Below, piece by piece: positions 6,808 through 10,752 of a DNA stretch of 10,752 nucleotides. The stretch comes from Acidimicrobiia bacterium. Its GTDB lineage: Bacteria > Actinomycetota > Acidimicrobiia > Spongiisociales > Spongiisociaceae. The DNA lies in the NCBI GenBank assembly GCA_041576165.1, contig JBFGLM010000094.1, positions 1-10,752 on the forward strand. The letters are read 5' to 3'. A program made the position numbers and the translations under genes. Below the pieces are notes generated by a model. The model did not search any database. It was not told where the DNA came from and worked only from the letters and a program-made list of their open reading frames with translations. Within the stretch, counting starts at the first letter, position 1. The number at the start of each line of letters is the position of its first letter.

Positions 6808-8142
6808 TCACAACGCATCGGCCGGCACCGCGCCGTCGACATGGGAAATGGCAGGAACCGCAGGAGCCGCGCAGGCGTGCTCCGGGACCGAGCCGACGAA
6901 GAAATCCGCCTCGGCCCCCTTCCTCCGCACCGCCCACAGGAGGGGGATCGTAACCACGGTCACCGCTCCACCAATGATGTAGCCGGCGGAAAAACCTCGC
7001 TGCTCCGACAGGGCGCCGAGGCTGGTCTGACCGATCACACCTGCCCCACCGGAAACCATCGAGTCGAAGGAGACAACGGTGGCTCGCTCGGCGCTCGGGA
7101 CCACTTCGTGTACGAAGGCCTGACGGACGGGGCTCTGCACACCCATGGCAACACCGGCGAGACACAGCAAGGCCACTGCCGGCACAAACCCGTCGACGGC
7201 GCCGACCCCGATCATCGCGAGCGTGAACAGCCCGCCTGCCCACAGGAACAACGTGGTGCGGCGACCGCACCAGCGGGTGACGATCTCGACAATCCCGTTT
7301 CCGACCATCATCGAGATGGCGAGCAGCGCCGCCACCAAACCGGCGACCCAGACCGCATCTCGGCCCAGTAGCTCCAGGAAATAGGGCTGCCAGGCGTACC
7401 ACGCCCAGATGAAGAAGCCCGACTGCGCCGCGGCCGCCAGCATCAATAGGCGGAGCGAGGGCTGGCTCCAGCCGTACCGGACGCCCTGACGGCCGATTCG
7501 GGCGGCTTCCCCCGGCAGCTGACGCACCGCCACCCGCCGGGGGGCGAAGCCCAGGTCGCGCATCCCAAACGCCGCCAGCCCCAGCAGCACCAGCAGCAGC
7601 CCCGACCGAATGAGGAACGGTAGGGCGAGATCAATCTGGCCAAGGGCTCCACCGCCGACCGTACCGACCAGCATCGCAACGCCGCTGACGATCTGACTGC
7701 GGCTGAACACGCGATCGAGGCCGCCCTCGTAACCGTGAAACCGCACCCCGTCGACCAGCCACGCCTCCATAGCTCCGGAGTAGAACGTGAAGCCGAGTCC
7801 CATGAGGACCGAGACTGCCGCGAACCACGCGAGCCCGGCCTCGACCTGGGCCAAAGCCACATACGCAAGAGTGGTAGCGGCCAGGACGGCCACCGACAGC
7901 AAGAATGAAGCCCTGCGACCCACGGTGTCGGCTACCACCCCGGTGGGTATCTCGAACAACATCATTCCCACCGAGAAGGCCGAGTTGGCGATGAACACCT
8001 CCGCAATGGACAGCCCAGCGTCGAGCAAGAAGAGTGTGTTGATGCCCCAGATGATCGACGCCGCCAGGGTGTAGATGCCGCTGTAGGTGTAATACCGCCG
8101 GACCAACTGGGCCGCCGAGTCGGGCATCACATTCGAGGTCAC
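6808..8142 (-). CDS. MFS transporter
   Basis: About 12 hydrophobic segments; motif A variant EIPTGVVADTVGRR; FYSGAMEAWLVD; second-half repeat WCGRR. Confidence 0.93.
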   Translation of the reverse strand: MTSNVMPDSAAQLVRRYYTYSGIYTLAASIIWGINTLFLLDAGLSIAEVFIANSAFSVGMMLFEIPTGVVADTVGRRASFLLSVAVLAATTLAYVALAQVEAGLAWFAAVSVLMGLGFTFYSGAMEAWLVDGVRFHGYEGGLDRVFSRSQIVSGVAMLVGTVGGGALGQIDLALPFLIRSGLLLVLLGLAAFGMRDLGFAPRRVAVRQLPGEAARIGRQGVRYGWSQPSLRLLMLAAAAQSGFFIWAWYAWQPYFLELLGRDAVWVAGLVAALLAISMMVGNGIVEIVTRWCGRRTTLFLWAGGLFTLAMIGVGAVDGFVPAVALLCLAGVAMGVQSPVRQAFVHEVVPSAERATVVSFDSMVSGGAGVIGQTSLGALSEQRGFSAGYIIGGAVTVVTIPLLWAVRRKGAEADFFVGSVPEHACAAPAVPAISHVDGAVPADAL

Positions 8143-8148
8143 CGGCTC

Positions 8149-8154
8149 AGCCTA
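8149..8154 (-). promoter_or_regulatory. Candidate -10 element (TAGGCT) for a leaderless MFS transcript
   Basis: TAGGCT 6 nt upstream of GTG 8142; no SD. Confidence 0.5.
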
Positions 8155-8206
8155 CGCCGCGGCAGCTCCCGCCCGGGTCCCGCATCGGGGACGGGCGCCA
8201 AGAACC

Positions 8207-8451
8207 TCACTCCGGTTCCAACAGAACGAGGGGGATCGGGCGGGTCAGGAGGCGGCGGAACCACCGGCATGTTCGACGTACCAGATGAGAATCGTGCGGG
8301 GCAGGCCCGACTTGTGACCGGTAGTGGTGAGCTGGAGAGTCCGCATGCCGCCCCCCCGGCGTCCGAGCCGGCCGCCCGAGATGTTCCACGCCAGCTTGTG
8401 GAGCCGCCACTGCAGTCGCATCCAGCGCCGGGACGGCGCCCTGGTAGTCAC
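8207..8451 (-). pseudogene. Ddn-like deazaflavin (F420)-dependent nitroreductase with out-of-frame internal deletion
   Basis: N-terminal part (LHKLAWNISGGRLG..LQLTTTGHKSGLPRT) in ORF 8245..8451; family-typical C-terminus RRLLTRPIPLVLLEPE* in another frame ending at 8207; the central ASxGG/PAW..NL segment is absent. Confidence 0.85.
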
Positions 8452-8514
8452 AGCGGATCCAGCCTACGCCGGATGCTCGCGGCCGCGTGCGGCGCAGTAG
8501 GCCCGTCCGCCTCC

Positions 8515-8520
8515 TACGCT
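8515..8520 (+). promoter_or_regulatory. Candidate -10 element (TACGCT) for a leaderless zincin transcript
   Basis: TACGCT 6 nt upstream of ATG 8527; no SD. Confidence 0.5.
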
Positions 8521-8526
8521 GCCCCG

Positions 8527-8895
8527 ATGCCGGTTGAAATCAGCGACGCCGAGTTCGATGAGATCGTCGCCCAGGCCATCGACCAGGTGCCGAAAGAACT
8601 CGCCCGGTTCATGGAGAACGTGGCGATCATCACCGAGCGCCGCGCCACCCCGGCGCAGCAGCAGGGCCATCGGGGCACACTGTTGGGTGTCTACCAGGGT
8701 GTCGCGCTCACCAAACGCGGGCCGCTTTCCTACCGCAATGTCATGCCAGACAAGATCACGATCTTCAAAGAGCCCCACTGCCGGCTGGCCAACAACCGCG
8801 AACAGCTCCGCGACCGCGTGACGCAAACAGTGATTCACGAGATCGGCCACCACTTCGGTATCAGCGACCGCCGCTTGCGCGAACTCGGCTGGTAG
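8527..8895 (+). CDS. Minimal zincin-like metallopeptidase (Zincin_1/DUF1025 family)
   Basis: FDEIVAQAIDQVP, LLGVYQGV, MPDKITIF and TVIHEIGHHFGISD.RL.ELGW; start reassigned to ATG 8527 (122 aa). Confidence 0.92.
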   Translation: MPVEISDAEFDEIVAQAIDQVPKELARFMENVAIITERRATPAQQQGHRGTLLGVYQGVALTKRGPLSYRNVMPDKITIFKEPHCRLANNREQLRDRVTQTVIHEIGHHFGISDRRLRELGW

Positions 8896-8916
8896 AGGAG
8901 GCTCCGCGAAGACGGC

Positions 8917-9162
8917 TCAGCTGGGCGTTAGGAACGTCTCGATCTTCACCTGCGCTGCGTTCATGACCTGGCCGGTCAAGTCGTGGAGCGCACGGGCGAT
9001 CGCCAACTCCTCTCCAACCACCGGCATCGGCGGGTCGTTCGGATTACGACGCGCCTTGCCGAGCGCCTCGAAATGGTCACCTCGCAAGTCGAGCGTCGCA
9101 AAGGCCACCGTGTCCCGGTCATCCTCCGACAGGTGAAGGTTGAGCACCACATCCATCTCCAT
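8917..9162 (-). CDS. DUF1876 (Rv2632c-like) small protein
   Basis: G.ARRNPND..VGEELAIARAL signature; RBS GGAGGAGG at 9168-9175 favours ATG 9162 (81 aa). Confidence 0.88.
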   Translation of the reverse strand: MEMDVVLNLHLSEDDRDTVAFATLDLRGDHFEALGKARRNPNDPPMPVVGEELAIARALHDLTGQVMNAAQVKIETFLTPS

Positions 9163-9275
9163 AGCCACCTCCTCCCATCTAATGCTGCCTGAAGTAACGC
9201 CCGGCGGCTAGAGGCAAATGGCCGCCGCGGACCGTCGCGGCGTACCCTGCCGAGCACAGACGACAAGGACAGCTC

Positions 9276-10046
9276 GTGGACGAAAGCATCAGGATCGCGT
9301 GGTACGACCTAGACGGACACGACCGCGAGCCATACCTCGACTGGCTGCATCACACGCACATCCCGGCCGTGGTCGCCCGGTCCGGAGTGGCGTGGGCCGC
9401 CCACTATCAGATCGACAAATCGCACGAGATGATGCGGCGACTCACGCGATTCGTAGGCCGGCCAGACGCCGGCGAGGACATACCGCACGGATCTGAGTAC
9501 GCCTTCTTGGTGGGCGCAACCTCGCCGCACGTGTTCTTCATGCCCGGATATGAGAACGTCGATCGCGCAGATCCGGCCACCCGCGAGATGACGGCACGGC
9601 GCCTCGCAGAGAAGAAGGTCGTCACCGTCGAGCAAGTCCGGGTCAACGGACCAGAGTTCGCCACCCGTCCGCCCGGTACTACGCCCGCGCCCTTCATCCA
9701 GCTCGGTCATTTCCGAGTACGGTCCGTTGAGGAGGAGTTCGACCTGACATCCTGGTATGCCAACTACCGGCTCCCCACCATCACAGCGATGACGGGCGCG
9801 GTCGGCGCCCGGAAGCTGGTCACAGTGGCCGGTTGGGCGAAACATGTGATCCTCTACGAGTTCGTGTCGCGCGAACAACATGAGAAGCATTTCGTCGGAC
9901 ACGAATCCCTGGCCTTCACCGCCGGTGAATGGACCAATCGAGTGGTCACCTACACCCAGCACGCCCCCGGCAGTCCCAGCATTGCGCAGCGGATTTGGCC
10001 ACCTGTGACCGACACCGAGTCCACGATCATTTCCGACCGCCTGTAA
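9276..10046 (+). CDS. Hypothetical protein with two tandem dimeric alpha/beta-barrel-like (EthD/DUF4286-like) domains
   Basis: 256 aa; AAGGA before GTG; internal repeat YLDWLHHTHIP..GV versus LTSWYANYRLP..GA. Confidence 0.7.
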   Translation: MDESIRIAWYDLDGHDREPYLDWLHHTHIPAVVARSGVAWAAHYQIDKSHEMMRRLTRFVGRPDAGEDIPHGSEYAFLVGATSPHVFFMPGYENVDRADPATREMTARRLAEKKVVTVEQVRVNGPEFATRPPGTTPAPFIQLGHFRVRSVEEEFDLTSWYANYRLPTITAMTGAVGARKLVTVAGWAKHVILYEFVSREQHEKHFVGHESLAFTAGEWTNRVVTYTQHAPGSPSIAQRIWPPVTDTESTIISDRL

Positions 10047-10098
10047 CCGCAACCCGAAACCAAATCCGGCAACCGACCAGATTTTTCCGATATGACCT

Positions 10099-10163
10099 GG
10101 GAGACAGGGACGGCGCCGGGGCGGCCGGATCCGGGGCGGACGTCCCGCCGGTCCCTGTCACCC
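10099..10163. repeat. Long imperfect inverted repeat in the intergenic region
   Basis: GGGAGACAGGGAC-GGCG (10099-10115) pairs with CGCCGGTCCCTGTCACCC (10146-10163). Confidence 0.6.
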
Positions 10164-10224
10164 CGACGACCCGATCGATCGTCTGTCCATTGTTGTATCT
10201 GCCTAGGAACAAAGGGGGCACACG

Positions 10225-10722
10225 ATGCGACGTACCCGGTTGGTTGGTTTGGTGTTGTTGGCAATTGCTCTGGCGTCACCCTTACCGGCGTGGGCGGGCG
10301 ACCGGATCGGGTTCAAGGGCGACCTCGCCGACCTGTCGACATCCGCCGACCCATTCGATGACGCTCGGGCGGCAGCTGCGGCCAAGGTCGGAGAGGGACA
10401 CACGTCGGTGCGTCTCAAGCTCAGGAACATCGACCGGGACTATGCGGGAAGCACATTTGGCGCACATGTCCACGTCGGACCGTGCGTAGAGAACAACGGT
10501 GCGGCCGCGGGATCCCACTACAACGCCGGCGGCGGGGTATCACCCGAGACCGAGGTATGGCTCGACTTCACCGTCCGTTCCAACGGGACGGCGCGGGCGA
10601 AGGCGCGGGTCTCGTTTGAGATCCCACCCGGCGCCGCCATGTCGATCGTCATACACGAAAGCCCAACGGCGCCCGATGGCGCAGCGGGAGCTCGACTGGC
10701 CTGCTTGCCGCTCGAGTTCTGA
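10225..10722 (+). CDS. sodC: Secreted Cu/Zn superoxide dismutase-family protein, probably Cu-only
   Basis: Sec signal peptide (MRRTR, hydrophobic core, AWA); GAHVH..PC, AGSHYN, SIVIHE, GAAGARLAC; purine-rich AAAGGGGG upstream of ATG. Confidence 0.85.
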   Translation: MRRTRLVGLVLLAIALASPLPAWAGDRIGFKGDLADLSTSADPFDDARAAAAAKVGEGHTSVRLKLRNIDRDYAGSTFGAHVHVGPCVENNGAAAGSHYNAGGGVSPETEVWLDFTVRSNGTARAKARVSFEIPPGAAMSIVIHESPTAPDGAAGARLACLPLEF

Positions 10723-10752
10723 GCCACCGATCCGGCGCCGGCCGCCACGGCC

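Noticed and set aside
8170-8197. Bulged GC hairpin downstream of the ddn stop
   Set aside because: Two 5-bp GC helices with no U-tract; indistinguishable from background.
8245-8247. Selenocysteine readthrough or programmed frameshift at the ddn TGA
   Set aside because: The C-terminus lies in another frame and the central core is physically missing, so recoding could not restore the protein.
8478-8487. Perfect palindrome CGCGGCCGCG between divergent genes
   Set aside because: An all-GC 10-mer is likely to occur by chance in this genome.
8269-8526. N-terminal extension of the 208-aa zincin ORF
   Set aside because: It is antisense to the ddn pseudogene; homology and a -10 element point to ATG 8527.
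10044-10078. Cluster of AACC motifs after the 9276..10046 gene (possible ECF sigma -35 elements or repeat array)
   Set aside because: Irregular spacing and only a 4-nt unit; no supportable promoter or CRISPR-like structure.

Overview
High-GC bacterial window, most likely from an actinobacterium (Acidimicrobiia-like, inferred from gene content and leaderless-type starts). The core is a minus-strand run: membrane-anchored CARDB-like protein, DUF4446, serS, a UbiE/MenG-type methyltransferase coupled to serS by an ATGA overlap, and tRNA-Ser(GGA). To its left are a secreted HEXXH protein and a PPOX-like split-barrel protein. To its right are an orphan NuoF-like flavoprotein, an MFS transporter, a Ddn-type F420 nitroreductase pseudogene with an internal deletion, a DUF1025 zincin, DUF1876, a tandem alpha/beta-barrel protein and a secreted SodC-like protein lacking Zn ligands. 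I see no integrase, transposase or CRISPR array, and no clearly new multi-gene system. The best leads are the serS-methyltransferase-tRNA-Ser arrangement, the orphan NuoF, the probable Cu-only SOD, a degenerate tRNA 3' copy beside the tRNA, and micro-ORFs overlapping two gene starts. All family assignments come from motif recognition by eye, not from database searches.
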